This document shows, in pieces, positions 16,101 through 29,644 of a DNA stretch of 64,000 bases. The stretch is from NCBI RefSeq assembly GCF_009914755.1, contig NC_060940.1. One strand, written 5' to 3'. The translations under genes and the position numbers were made by a program. The DNA comes from the human T2T-CHM13v2.0 reference genome, Homo sapiens. Numbering within the stretch: the first letter of the stretch is position 1; each line of letters starts with the position of its first letter. Under the pieces are notes generated by a model. It was not told where the DNA came from. It made no database searches and saw nothing but the letters and a program-made list of their open reading frames with translations.

Positions 16101-16353
16101 ATTTCATTTCCTCATCTCATTTCACCATTTCATCATTTCATCATTCCATTTCATCATTTCATCATTTCATTTCATCATTTCATCATTTCATCATTTCATT
16201 TCATCATTTCACCATTTCACTTCATCTCATCATTTCATTTCATCATTTTATCATTTCATTTCATCAGTTCATTTCTTCATTTCATCATTTCCTTTCATTT
16301 CATTATTTCATTTCACCATTTCATCATTTCATTTCATCATTTCATTTCATTTC
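13190..16353. repeat. ~3.2 kb (TTTCA/TCA)n degenerate simple-sequence satellite
   Basis: Continuous mixture of TTTCA, TCA, TCTCA and CTTCA units. Confidence 0.97.
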
Positions 16354-17214
16354 AGTGATACATATATTTAAGTGCTAATGTGATGCCCAGGAGACATCCT
16401 ACTTCCCTTTGTAAAATACCTCCTTCAACAAAAGGCAACCTCTCATGGCTGGCTAAGTCTACAGGGATACCAGGCTCTCCTCAACCACCCAATTTGATTT
16501 AGAACCTCAAACAGCACCTCAGTTTCATGAAAACCTAACACATAAACACAACACTTGGTTGTAAGTGAGCCAACAGCTTCTTGTCTCTTTCTCTGCTCAA
16601 GGCTTAAGGCCGTGTCTCCCCAACTACGTTCAGTGGAAGAAAAGATCCCCTGGACAAATAAGTTTGAGGACTGTCATTGCAGGACTTCTCAGAACCTTTA
16701 AAACACAAATCCTCATCCGCAGGGATCTTCAGGAGGGAGACGGCTGATGCAGCACAACTTTCTTTCACAGGAGCATCTTGCAGAATACAGTATGAGATAC
16801 AGAAAGGCTGCACTGAGTCTTTTTAAGGGTCTGGGCCTTGGTGGGGGTGGGGTAGGAGCTCTCCAGATAGCATCTAATGAGTAGGAACATTCAGGTTGCT
16901 TTTTTTTTCCCTTATTGGCAAAACTGTGTGTGCACCATGAATGAAGCTGGTCTCCCTTATCCACATCAAAACTAAACCCAAATTAATTGGCTAAATTGGG
17001 ACTCAACACCACCAGGAGCCACGCGGAAGACAGCCCTACCACACTTTAAAGTAGCTTACCTCATCATGTTTGAGGAAAGCAAAACGCTTATGACCAGTAT
17101 GCTGCTAATACAAGTCTACAGATAATGCTGTAGGAAAAATTATTTTTCCCAATCATAGCTGGCATAGTCCACATTTTGCATTACAATTTCCCCTTTTTTA
17201 AAATTTAAACACAG

Positions 17215-17372
17215 GTCTTTTTCTCTTCTTTTTAAACATTTTAATTTAATTATACAAGACGGAGTCTCAGTATGTTGCCCAGGCTGGTCTTCAACTCCTG
17301 AGCTCAAGTGATACATCCCTCTCCGCCTCCCAAAGTGCTGGGATTACAGGCCTGAGACACTGTGCCCGGCCT
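17215..17372 (-). mobile_element. Alu monomer (FLAM-like)
   Basis: ATGTTGCCCAGGCTGGTCTTCAACTCCTGAGCTCAAG...CCCGGCC. Confidence 0.85.
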
Positions 17373-18045
17373 TCAACATAAAGTTTAATTCATTCTTACA
17401 ATTATCCTGAAGTTAGAAAAATGGAAGGGGAAGAAAAATGGCAAGCAGGTAGGCTGACTTCGACTTCATTATTTGGAAGGACAGTTTGCTCGGTTAAAAC
17501 ACACTACTGCCCAAAAGGCCAAGACAACAGAAAAATACAGACTTATATAAATAGATTTTATATGTGACAGCAGTTTGAATGGAGACTTTTTCAATGCAAA
17601 TGACAAACAGCTGTGCTTGGGAATAAATGACAAAGAATTTTTTATCTCAACAGCTGTCCTGAGAGCACGTCTCTACATCTATACCTGCATTCTGGAATCA
17701 GGGAGAAAGCCAAAACGGATGACAAGACACTAGGTCAGCCGCCTCCAACCCTTTGACTACAAGGACTTTTCCACCTATCTGTGGTGGTGGGTGCCATGAA
17801 AATTATGCACAAACCTTTTTTTTTTTTAAACTCATCAGCTATCGTTAGCATTAGTGTATTTTATATGTGGCCCAGGAGCATTCTTCTTCCAATGTGACCC
17901 TGAGAAGCCAAAAGACACCTGTGCACTAGATCAAAAGGCTACTCCTTCTGGAAGCAATTGTAAAGAATTTCTAACATTATCTTCACATGACAACCAATGG
18001 GTAGTGGGACAGAATGCAACAATCTTCAAGTATTTTTCTTGTTGG

Positions 18046-18307
18046 TTTTTTTTTTTTTTTGAGTCAGGGTCTTGCTCTGTGGCCCAGGCTGGAGTACACT
18101 GGTGAGATCACAGCTCAGTGCAGGCTCAAGTGCTCCTCCCACCTCAGCCACAGTAGTAGCTGGGACTACAGATGTGCACAACCACCCCTGGCTAATATTT
18201 TATTTTTTGTAGAGACAGGGTCTCACTATATTGTCCAGGTTAGTCTCAAACTCCTTGACTCAAGGGATCCAGGACAGGATAACAGGTGTGAGCCACCACA
18301 TCTGGCC
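18046..18307 (-). mobile_element. Old Alu (AluJ-like, with deletions)
   Basis: Poly-T followed by a degenerate antisense Alu. Confidence 0.85.
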
Positions 18308-18869
18308 ATGTGCATGAACTTTTAAGACAAACACAAGGCCCCACAAAAGTTAAGGTTTTCCCACCTAATTTCCAGGGGATCTTTTGGTGCAAGGATGAGA
18401 AGCCCTTAAAAGTACACAGACAACTCCAAAGATTCAAGACAGTTCATTGGGGCTGAGCCAGCCCACTGGGCAGACTGACCTTCAAAAAAGGCCCACCCAT
18501 GATATACACCAGATGGCTCTCCAAGAATCTCTCCAGTCCTCAGGGTCCCTAAGGTACTGGACAGAGCTAGGAAAGCAAACCCATGTGCTTCTTCCTTCAG
18601 GCAACCCCTTGAGGTCAAGACCCCACAATCAGATGAGGATGGAGTGGCTCACCCTCAGTCAACAGGCCAGACTCAAGGTGGTATTATGTCTTAACCAAGG
18701 GTGTGGGCCTCCAGGTCTCACTCCCAACTCAGTGCTCCTTTAATAACCACACTTTGTTAATTCTCCTTAACAGGGGTTCCAGGCAAGTCAGTTCTCCCTC
18801 AGGCCTTCGGTTTCCTCACCCACAAGATGAGAGGGCTGGACCAGATGGAAATTCAGGGGGTAAGGTGAT

Positions 18870-19540
18870 GTCCGCTCGCAGCCCACCTCGCCCATGGGCC
18901 CCTCAAGCCTCCCTGCCAGTTCCCACGACGCACCCGCCCCACAGATCCTGCCCAAGGTGAGGGCTGGTCCCGGGTCCTCCGGCTGCCGCATCAGCGAGTG
19001 CAGGAGGGAGGGGAAGCCTCCAACGGGGCGACTCGGGCTCAAGGATGCAACTCGGCCAGGAGTGAACTCGGGCACGGAGGGAGGTGTCTGGGCCGCTCCT
19101 CGAGCCCAGCCTGGGTCCACGACCCCCTTACCTCCAGGGTCCGTATCTCCTGCTGGGTGAGGTCCTTGGACACAGCGCACTTGTTGCGCAACCGGCTCAG
19201 GCTGCCAATGGAGATGCGGATAAGCTTCTGGAGCTGCCCACAAGCTTCTGGAGCTGCCCACACTGCTGCAGCGTCTGGCTGGCTGCGGCCCCTGCGCCTC
19301 CCAAAGAGGCCGCCGCATCACCCCCGCCACCGCCCTCCTTCTTCTCTCCCCTGGCCGCTACGCGCAGCGCCGCTCTATGCAGGCTGCAGCGGCCAAGGCG
19401 GGGAGCCCGGGGCGCGGGCGCCTAGGCAAGGAACCCCTGAGCCGGGAGAGCTGGACCAGGAGCGCCCCTCGGCGCCGCCTGAACAAGGACGCCGGTAGAG
19501 CCGGCAGCCGAGTGTGCCGCTCCCGCCCTCAGAGCCGCGT
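18870..19540. promoter_or_regulatory. CpG island of the duplicated KSR1 5' end
   Basis: High GC content with many retained CpGs around exon 1. Confidence 0.7.
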
Positions 19541-19832
19541 CGGTGGTGGCAAAAAGCGGCGGCGGCGGGGGCAAAAAGCTGGGGCGGCGGGGACAAAAAG
19601 CCTCGGTGGCGGGGGTAAAAAGCCACGGCGGGAAAAACCGGCGGCGGCGGGGGCAAAATGCCGCAGGGGCAAAAAGCCGCGGCGGCGGGGGCAAGAAGCC
19701 GCGGTGGCGGGAGCAAAAAACTGCGGCGGCAAAAAGGGGCGGCGGCGGGGGCAAAAAGCCGCAAAAAGCCTCGGCGTAGGGGGCAAAAAGCCGTGGCGTC
19801 GGGGGCAAGAATCCGCGGCGGCGGGGGCAAAA
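19540..19832. repeat. GC-rich tandem repeat (GGCGGCGGGGGCAAAAAGCC-type, ~20 bp unit)
   Basis: About 14 degenerate units; resembles the GGGCAAAAGCCG repeat described at pericentromeric duplication junctions. Confidence 0.9.
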
Positions 19833-19990
19833 AATATATATATATAATTATATTATAAATATATATATTTCTATATAAAATATTATAAATATATATTATA
19901 TTTATATATAATTATATATATTTATAATATAAAATATATTTATATATTATATATATTAATTATATATATATTATAAATATATGTAATAAT
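19833..19990. repeat. AT-rich (TA)n low-complexity tract
   Basis: About 150 bp of almost exclusively A/T with TATA periodicity. Confidence 0.95.
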
Positions 19991-20594
19991 TCTTGATTCT
20001 AAGAATGTTTTCATTATCACTAAAACTTATGATAAATGTTTTATTCATTCGTTTGTGACTATATTGCATGATAAAAATTTAAAGATTTATTATGTTTGAA
20101 TCAAACCCCACGATTTGTGTCATTTCCCCCTGTAATGTGGAAGTCTGAGTTTTTAGTTCACAAATTTGGCAGAACAATAAACAGAGCGGCACAGCTCAAA
20201 GCACTAACTCCTCCGGAAGCAGCAGGTCAAAGTACATGCCAGACATTAAGCAGCAGAGCAACTTAGCAAGAGAAGACAGATCCTCAGGTTGGTGGGCAAT
20301 GTCTGAACAGTCTGCTCATGGCACCAATTGTTAGTCACTTGCAAAGATGTGGCTTTAAGAGGGTAAGAAATTACTACTCACATAAATTACATTTGTGAGG
20401 TAAGTAGGAAGGCCTTTCAAGGTGATCTGACATGGCTTGAATGTGCAAGAAAAGGAGCCAGGCCTGGATTTTTATTGAGGGTAGGTGGCATGCTAGGGTG
20501 AGAATTTATTCCCATGGACAGGGGTTTGAATGGTTTCAATCTGCTGCTGGTACCAGAAAAGGGACCACCCAGGTTTCCTCTTACTGTATTATTT

Positions 20595-20596
<2 letters not shown>

Positions 20597-20631
<35 letters not shown>
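20597..20631. repeat. (CA)n microsatellite
   Basis: About 17 CA units. Confidence 0.95.
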
Positions 20632-20633
<2 letters not shown>

Positions 20634-21449
20634 TTTAGGATTAAAAATAGAGACAACCATCAAAAAATGAAGATAGTTCCTTTTGGTCAGCCTGGCAAGT
20701 AAGGACGTAGAAGGTGACATTCGCATCAGCGAAAGTAAAAAGGGAAACATAGGCCAGCAATTCTCCTAACATCTATCAGAAAAATAAGTTCACAGGGCAA
20801 ATCACCATCCCAAATTGGACAGAAGGACACACACATCCAGAGAATTATAACTTACTTGGTTAGTAAACCACAAGAAACCCCTATGGGAACAAATACAGTT
20901 GTAAGAAAACAAACCATTATTGATGAATGGCTAAAAGTTTGAGAATTAACATTTTCAGGGTATACAAATTTATGAACTTTACTTTCAGAAACATGACATG
21001 GCTTTTACAGGGAAGATGATAGAAAAAATGCTTCTTGATTCCAGTAGGAGGAAGGGAAATGTAGCCATTTTTAACTATTCCCAGAAAATTTTCTTTTTAA
21101 CATTCCTATCTTCAATATAAATTATGTATCAAAAGCCTAACCAACTGAGATTTTACCAGAGCCAGACTTCCTGGAGTAAGAGAAATGCCCAATTCCATCC
21201 CCCTCTAACCTTCTTGATCCAGTTAAGAGAGGTAAAGAGTGAGAAGTCCTCATGAAATTCACAGCCTAGGGATACACTGTTTTGTTTTGATTTGTTTTAA
21301 TGAGGCTAATGCATAAGTCAATAGAGTGCTTTGCCTAAGCTCTCACATAACCACTACATCAACAGCAGAATAAATACATGGTAGCAGAATACAACTGAAA
21401 GAACTGTATGCCTCAGATCTTGTTAAATAAGTCTCTAAGAGACCACAAG

Positions 21450-22680
21450 GAAATTGAATAATGTTGATAAAGTCGACACATGTATATGTAGAAATACACA
21501 ATGTACTGACACTGAGTCATGAACAAATAGAAAATCTGAACAGACCTATAGTTGCAGATTGATGCAAAAATCACCCCTCCAGAAAAAAAAGTACAAAACT
21601 GTTATGCTGCTGAATCTATCAAACATTTTAAGAATTAATTACCAATTATCCTCAAACTCTTGCAAAAACCTGAAGATGCAGAAACACTTCCAAATTTATT
21701 CTATGAGGTAGGCCAAAATTACAGTGACATAAAAAATGAACAAAAGCACTACAAGAAAAGAAAGTTGAAGAAAAATGTTCTTTATAAATAATATAAAATC
21801 TATAAAATAAATATTAGCAAAATATATTTAGCAGAATAATAAGAGGGTTATCTACCAAGACTAATTGAGAGTTATTACTGAAGTGCAAAGATGCTTTAAC
21901 ATATAAATATCAATAAATGTAGCCAGGCACAGTGGCTTGTGCCTGTAATCCCAGTTACCCAGGATGCTAAGGTGATAGGTTCACTTCAGTCCAGGAGTTC
22001 AAGAGCAGTCTAAACAACATCATAATATCCTGTCTCTAAAAATAAATAAATAATAAATAAATAAACAAATAATCATAATATACCGCATTAGTACTGTTAA
22101 ACACCACAATATCTCAATTTACACAGAAAAAGCATTCTACAAGATATTACTCATTCATGGTACAAACACACAACATAATCAACAGTGAAATACAAAAAAT
22201 GTTTTCCCTTAATATCAGGAACTAAAAATAGTTCCTCTTTTTTACCACTTCCACTCAACAGAGTATATAAAACTTTAGCTTAAGCAATAACAAAAATAAA
22301 ATAAAGACAAAAATGCATATGTTAAAAAGAATAAAATAGAAATATCTCTGTTCACAGTAATCATGTATGCACACAATTCTGAAGATTGTACAAACAGAAA
22401 AACACCTCAAAACAGTTTAAACAAATTAAGTAATGTTGCAGGATACAAAATTAACTTACAAAACTCAGTTGCATTGATGCACACCAATAATGATTAATCT
22501 GAAAAGGAAATTAAGAAAACAATACCATGAACAACAGTATTAAAAAGAATAAAATGCTCTGGAATCAATTTAACCAGGATGACAAACTATTTGTACAATA
22601 AAAACTTTCAAAATGCTGCTGTAAGAAATCAAAGGTACAAATAAATGGAACAGTATCTTCTGTTCATAGGTGAAAAGACT
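21450..22680 (+). mobile_element. Old L1 ORF2 fragment (host of a nested L1), with an Alu monomer at ~21921-22070
   Basis: Sense L1 ORF2-like sequence (AATAGAAAATCTGAACAGACCTAT...CAGGATACAAAATTAAC); resumes at ~29645. Confidence 0.8.
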
Positions 22681-25600
22681 TTTTAAAAAACTTCAACTTT
22701 TATTTTAGATTCAGGGGTTACAGGCACAGATTTGTTATGTAGGAATATTGTATAATGCTCAGGTTTGGAGCACATAGGTAGTGAGCACAGCAACCAATAT
22801 GTAGTATATTAACTTGCCCTCCCCTCTGCACACTTTAGTAGTCCACCGTGTTTACTGTTCCCATATTTATGTCCATATATGCTCAATGTTTAGCTCTTAT
22901 AAGTAAGAACATGCAGTATTTGGCTTTCTGTTTCTGCATTAATTTGCTTGAAATTATGGCCTCTGGTTCCACCTATGTTCATACCAAGGACATGATTTCA
23001 TTATATTTCACAGCTGTGTAGTATTCCATGGTGTGTACATACCAGGTTTTCTTTATCCAATATACCATTGATGGGCATCTGGATTGATCCCACATCTTTG
23101 CTATTGTGAATAGCACAGTGATGCATTCAAGTGCATATGTCTTTTTGGTAGAATGATTTATTTTCTTTTGGGTATATACCCAGTTGTAGGATTGCTGGGT
23201 AAATTGGTAGTTCTGTTTTAAGTTCTTTCAGAAATCTCGAGACTGCTCTCCACGATTGCTGAACTAATTTACAATCCTGCCAGTGACGTAAAGTGTTTCC
23301 TTTTCTGCACAGCCTTGCCAACATGTTATTTATTGACTTTTTAGTAATAGCCATTCTGACTAACATGAGATGGTACCTCATTGTGGTTCTGATTTGCATT
23401 TATCTGATAATTACTGATGCTGAGCAATTTTTCATGTTTGTTGGCCACTTGTATATCTTCTGTTCAGGCATATCTGTTCATCTCATTTGCCCATTTTTTA
23501 TTTTTTAATGGTTTTTTTTTTTTTTTGGCTTGTTGATTTGAGTTCCCTATAGAGTCTGGATATTAGGCTTTTGTTAGACTCATAGTTTGTGAATATCTCC
23601 TCCCATTCTGGAGGATGCCTCTTTCCCCTGTTGATAGTTTATTTTGCTGTGCAGAAGCTATTTAGTCAAATTAAGTCCTACTTGTCTATTTTTGTTTTGG
23701 TTGCAATTGCTTTTGGGGACTTAGCCAAAAACGACTTGCCAAGGCTGATGTCAAAAAAATATTTCCTAGGTTATCTTCCAGAATTTTTATAGTTTGAGGT
23801 CTTACACTTAAATTTTTAATCCATTTAAATTTAATTTTGGGGCATGTTGCAAGGTAAAGGTCTAGGTTCAATCTTCTGCCTATGGCAAGCCAGTTATCCC
23901 AGAATGTATTGACTAGGGAGTCCTTTCCCCATTGCTTGTTCTTGCCAGCCTTGTCAAATATCATATGGTTGTAGGTGTGTGACTTTCAGCAGTGTTTTGT
24001 AGTTCTCCTTGAAGAGATCTTTCATTTCCTTGGTTATCTGTATTCCTAGGTATTTCTCTTTTTTGTGGCTATTTTAAGTGGAATTGTGTTCTTGATTTCA
24101 CTCTTGGCCTGGACATTGTTGGTGTATGGAAATGCTACTTATTTCACCATAATCAGTACTGTTTACACTGATTTTGTATCCTGAGACTATACTAAAGTTA
24201 TTAATTCTAGGAGCCTTCTGGCAGAATCTCTAGGATTTTCTAGGCATAGGATCATATTTTCAGCGAAGAGAGATAGTTTGACTTCTTTTCCTGTTTCGTT
24301 ACTTTTTCTTTCTCTTGCCTGATTGCTCTGCATAGGACTTCCAGTACTAAGCTGAATAGGAGTGCTGTGAGTGAGCATCCTTGTCTTGTTTCAGTTCTCA
24401 TAGAAATAGTTTTAAGTTTTTAACCTATTGAGTATGATGTTGACTGTGGGTTTCCCATAGATGACTCTTATTATTTTAAGGTATGTTCCTTGGATGCCTA
24501 GTCTATTGAGGATTTTTACCATGAAGTAGTGTTGGATTTTATTAAGAAGACCTTTGTGTATCTGTTTAGAAAATCATATGGTTTTTACTTTTGATTCTAT
24601 TTAGCTGGTGAATCACATTTATTGGTTTGCATATGTTGAACCAGCTTGCATCCCAGGAATAAAGCCTACTTGACCATGGTGTATTACCTTTCTGATGTGG
24701 TGCTGAATTTGGTTTGCTAGTATTTTGTTGAGGATTTTTACATTTTCTGTTCATGAGGGATCTTGGTCTGAAGTTTTGTTTTTTCACAGTGTCTCTGCCA
24801 GATTTTCATATCATGCTACTGCTGGTTTCAAAGAATGAGTTAGGAAGGAGCCCCACCGCCTCGATATTTTGAAATAATTTTAGTAGGATTGATATCATTT
24901 CTTCTTAGTATGTCTGGTAAAACTCAGCAGCCAATCTACCTGTTTCAGGCCTTTTTGTTGTTGTTGTTGTTGTTGGTAGGTTCTTTAGTACTGACTCAAT
25001 GTCAGAAGTTGATATTAGTCTACTTAGAGTTTTGATCTCTTTCTGATTCCATCTTGGGAGACTGTGTGCTTCCTGGAATTTATTCATTTTCTCCAGATTT
25101 TCTAATTTGCGTGCAGAGCTGTTCATAGTACTCGCTGAGGATCTTTTGTATCTCTATCTGATCCATTTTAATATAACCTGTCATTTTTATTGCGCTTATT
25201 TGGATCTTCTCTTTCTTTTTTATATTTGTTAATTTGGCTAGGAGCTTATCAATTTTTTTTGAAGAACCAATTTTTTGTTTTCTTGGACTGTTGTATACAT
25301 TTTTGCATCTCAACTTCATTAAATTCTTCTCTAATTGCTGTTATGTCTTCTCTCATGCTAGCTTTGGGGTTGGTTGGTTCTTTTTTTCAAGTTCCTTTAG
25401 GTGCAAAGTTACATCGTTAATTTGAGACATTTCTAACTTCTTGATAAAGGCATTTAGGGCTATAAAGTTTCCTCTTAACACTGCTTTGGCTGCATCTTAG
25501 AAATTTTGGTAAGTTGTGTTCCTATTTCTATCAATTTCAAGTAATTTTTATATTTCTGCCTTACTTTGATGTTTACAAAGGATTTATTCAGGAGTAAGTT

Positions 25601-26920
25601 GTTTAATTTTCATGTATTTCTGTAGTTTTGAGAGATCTTGGTATGCATTTGTATTTTTTATTGTACTGTGCTCCAACAGTGTGCTTGGTGAGATTTCATT
25701 TTTCCTTAATCTATTCAGGCTTTATTTATCACTGAGCACGTGGTTGAACTTAGAATTTTTTTTTGTGCAGATGAGAAAAATGTACATTCTGTGGTTGTTC
25801 GATGGAGTTTTCAATAGATGTCTATTAGGTCCAATTGGTCAAGTGTGGAGTTTAACTCCAGAGTTTTCCTGTTAGTTTTTTTTTTTTTTGACCTCAGTGA
25901 TATGTCTAATGCTGTAAGTAGGGTGTTGAAGTCTCTTACTACTATTGTGATGTTGTCTAAGCCTTTTTGTGGGGAAAGAAAAAGTCATTTTGTAAATCTG
26001 GGTGCTCCAATATTAAGTGTATATATATTTAAGATATTTAAGGCTTCTCACAGGATTTTATCCTTTATCAATATGCCCTTGTTATTCTTCTTTTCATTGG
26101 TAGGCAAAGAAGAAGTCATTTTATGAATTTGGATGCTCCAGTGGTAATCACATATATATTTAAGATAGTTAAGGCTTCTTGTTAGATTGCACCCTTTATC
26201 AAAATGCTCTTCTTGTCCCTCTTAGTGTTTTTTTTTTTTTTTGGTTTAAATTTGTTTTATCTAATATAAGAATAGTGACTGCTGCTTGTTTTTGTTTCGT
26301 TTGCATGGTAGAATACACTCCACCCTTTTACTCTGAGGCAAAGGGTGTGTCTTGAAAGCAACAGATGGATGGGTACTGTCTTTTTATCCAGGATGCCACT
26401 TTGTGTCTTTTAACTGTGGTGTTTAGCTTACTTACATGTTAGGTGAGTATTGATATGTGTGATTTTGAATTCACCATCATGTTGTTAGCTGGTTGTTATG
26501 TAGAGTTGATTGCATTATTGCTTTATAGTGCCTGTGGGCTATGTGCTTAAGTGAGCTTTTTTGGTAGCAGATATCATTCACTTGAATCCATGTTTAGCAC
26601 TACCTTAAAGACCTCTTGTAAGGCTGGTCTAGTTTAAATGTATCACGTCAGCATTTGCTTGTCAAAGGAATTTTTTTTTTCCTCTTTCACCTATGAAGCT
26701 TAGTTTAGAGGGATATAAAATTATTGGTTAATTTTTTTTCCTTTAAAAACTCTGCAGATAGGCCCCTAACCTCTTCTGGTTGCAAGGAGTCTGCTGAGAG
26801 GTCTGCTGCTAGTCTGATGGAATTCACTCTGTGAGTAACCTGCCCTTTCTCTCTAACTGATCTTAAATTTTTTTTTGCACTGACTTTGGTGAATCTGATG
26901 ACTATGTGACATGGAAATAG

Positions 26921-27334
26921 CAATATGGTTTGGATCTGTGATTCTGCCCCAATCACATGTGGAACTGTAATCTTCAATGTTGGAGGTGGGGCCTGCTGAG
27001 AGGTGATTGGATAATGGGGATAGATCCTTGTGAATGGTTTAACACCAGCCCCTTGTGCTGTCTTGCGATAACGTTCTCATGAGATCTGGCTGTTTAAGAA
27101 TGGGTAGCACCTCCCCGCTCTCTGTGTTGCTCCTGTTCTTCCATGTAAGATGCCTTGCTCCCCCTCTTCCTTCTTCCATGGTTGTTAGTTTCCTGAGGGC
27201 TCCCCATAAGCCAAGCTGATGCTGCCATGCTTCCGCTGCAGCCTGCAGAATTGTGAGCCAACCAAACTTCTTTTCATTATAAATTACCCAGTATCAAGTA
27301 TTTCTTTATAGCAATGTGAGAACTGACTAATACA
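26921..27334. mobile_element. MaLR solo LTR (MSTA/MSTB-like) inside L1
   Basis: ATATGGTTTGGATCTGTG...ATAAATTACCCAGT..TCTTTATAGCAATGTGAGAACTGACTAATACA. Confidence 0.9.
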
Positions 27335-28259
27335 GACTGTCATATATTATTGTATCTGACTAGGGGCTGACTGGGGTTCTCTTGGATTTGAATGGCAACC
27401 TCGCTAGTGAGATTAGAGGTACTTTCATGAACTATATCTTCATACATATTTTCCAACTTGCCTATTCTCTTTCCTTCTCTCTCAGAAATGTTGATAAATT
27501 GTAGATTTGTTCTCTAAGTAATCTCATATTTCTCAATGGGGATGTTGATTTTTCTTAATTCTTTTATCTTTATTTTTGTCTGACTATGTTGATTCAATAA
27601 AACAGTGTTTGAGCTCTGAGATTCTTTTCTCAGTTTAGTCTATTCTGCTGGAAATACTTCTGATTTTATTATAAAATCCTCACAGTAAATCTTTCAGCTC
27701 AAGAATTTTTTTAGTTTAGATATTTCTTAAGATTGCTATTTTATCTTTCAGGTTTTGAATCATTTAACCGGATTGCTTGGCTTCCTTGGGTTAAGTTTCA
27801 ACTTTCTTCTCAATCTAAATGAGTTTCCCTGCTCTTTTTTCCATGTCTGTCATTTTAGACAATTCAGACTGTTAAAAACCATCACTGGGGCACTAGTGGG
27901 CTCTCTTGAAGGAGACACTCTGGCTTTTTGCATTGCCAGAGATTTTGAGCCAATTCTTTCTCATCTGAGAGAACTGGTATACCTCTAATTGGGGTATAAA
28001 TTGAGTATAGTCTATTGGCTTTCTTTTTTTGAAGGTTTTCAGAGGACTAGGACTCTGTACAGTGTCTTTGTTGTTGAATTCTTGCTCTTGGTTTCACAGG
28101 GGAAGAATTAGTAAAGTGATTTTTGGTGGTGTAATCTCTACTGCGATCCAGTAGATAGCACTTGAGAGCAGTGGGATGTAGATAGGTTCTTTACCATGCA
28201 GTTCCTTTGTGTATCTTCTTTATTTGCAACTATGTTCTGTGGTACAGGTCTGTTCATGA

Positions 28260-28635
<376 letters not shown>

Positions 28636-29644
28636 TATTACTATCATTATCATTATTGTCATTGTTGTTAGGTGTTTCAAGCTGTGGGGCTTCCTCAGGG
28701 AGATGTCTTCTAGAAAAATACCCTGCATCTTTACCATAACAGCCCTGTGGAAGGAGGTGTGCCTAGGGCCCACGCCAGCCTGTGAACCTGTGTGAATCTG
28801 GCCTCTCAGTTTCTGAAGAGTGTGGGTTCCTCCCCCATTCAACTGCCCAGCACAGATCCCAGCTTGACACTCCTGAACCACAGGCCACAGCACTGGAGTG
28901 CCACGACTTGCTTATGACTCCCTCTTCCTGATGCTTAGGGCCAGGTTCCAAGTGTGGTGAGGGATCTGAGGGATTTCTGGGCTGCCAGAATGCATTCAGG
29001 TGGAGCCAAGCATCCAGGTTGGGTAGCAGAAACTACAATGTATACATGCTTCTCCCAGGAAGCCAGGCAGGGGCCATGTAAGAGGCTGGTGGACAGGCAT
29101 GCCTACAGGATAGACATGTCCCAGTCCTGCGGGTAAGCAGGCCTTGCTTTCTCCCTGCAGTTTAGCTGGGGCCAAAGCCTCTGAGAGAGATAGGCAGCTG
29201 CAGAGGTGGGACTTTATGGTTGAGCTCCACCAGATCCGACCCATGCTAAAAAGTCCTGGCTCTGTGCCTGCTACAGCTCCATCTCCATCTACTCTCCAGG
29301 GAGATCTCCTTGCCAACTCACATGTCCATGGGGGTGTGGAGTTTCCTGCAGCCAGGATCCCAGTGGTCTGCAGCGAGAGTGAGCAGCCTCCAAGTCCCTT
29401 TACTCACTTCTTCCCCAGATGCCACTCAGGGCCAAAAAGCAGTCATAGCGTTCAGGCACCCCATAAGGGCACCCCAGCTTCCTTGCTCTTCAGTCTTAGA
29501 AAACGCACCTTTTCTCCATCCACACTATCCATTTTCTCTCCAAATATCTATTCAAACTATGTTGATGTAGTCAAAATTGTGGTCTTTCTCTTTGGGAGCA
29601 ACACTTGCTGGCTGCATCCAGTAAGCCATCTTGGAAACTCTCTT

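Larger units (their letters stand above)
16354..19540 (-). pseudogene. KSR1 duplicon: promoter/5'UTR, exon 1 (coding-like part 19382..19132) and presumed proximal intron 1
   Basis: Minus strand reads [25 protein letters not shown]...[10 protein letters not shown][20-bp duplication][30 protein letters not shown]|gtaag. This matches recalled KSR1 [25 protein letters not shown]...[37 protein letters not shown]. Splice donor at 19131 is intact. The extent of the intronic part is inferred. Confidence 0.9.

Noticed and set aside
13190-16353. Classical HSat2/HSat3 or a CRISPR-like array
   Set aside because: Units are TTTCA/TCA rather than CATTC; there is no repeat-spacer structure, and the context is eukaryotic.
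13158-16358. Long His/Phe/Ile/Ser-rich ORFs (up to 316 aa)
   Set aside because: Translation of the TTTCA/TCA array, which lacks stop codons on the + strand for compositional reasons.
19375-19858. Protamine-like Arg/Lys/Gly or poly-Pro ORFs
   Set aside because: Translation of the ~20-bp GC-rich repeat.
23127-26977. Functional reverse transcriptase or L1 ORFs
   Set aside because: Fragmented by stops, deletions and insertions.
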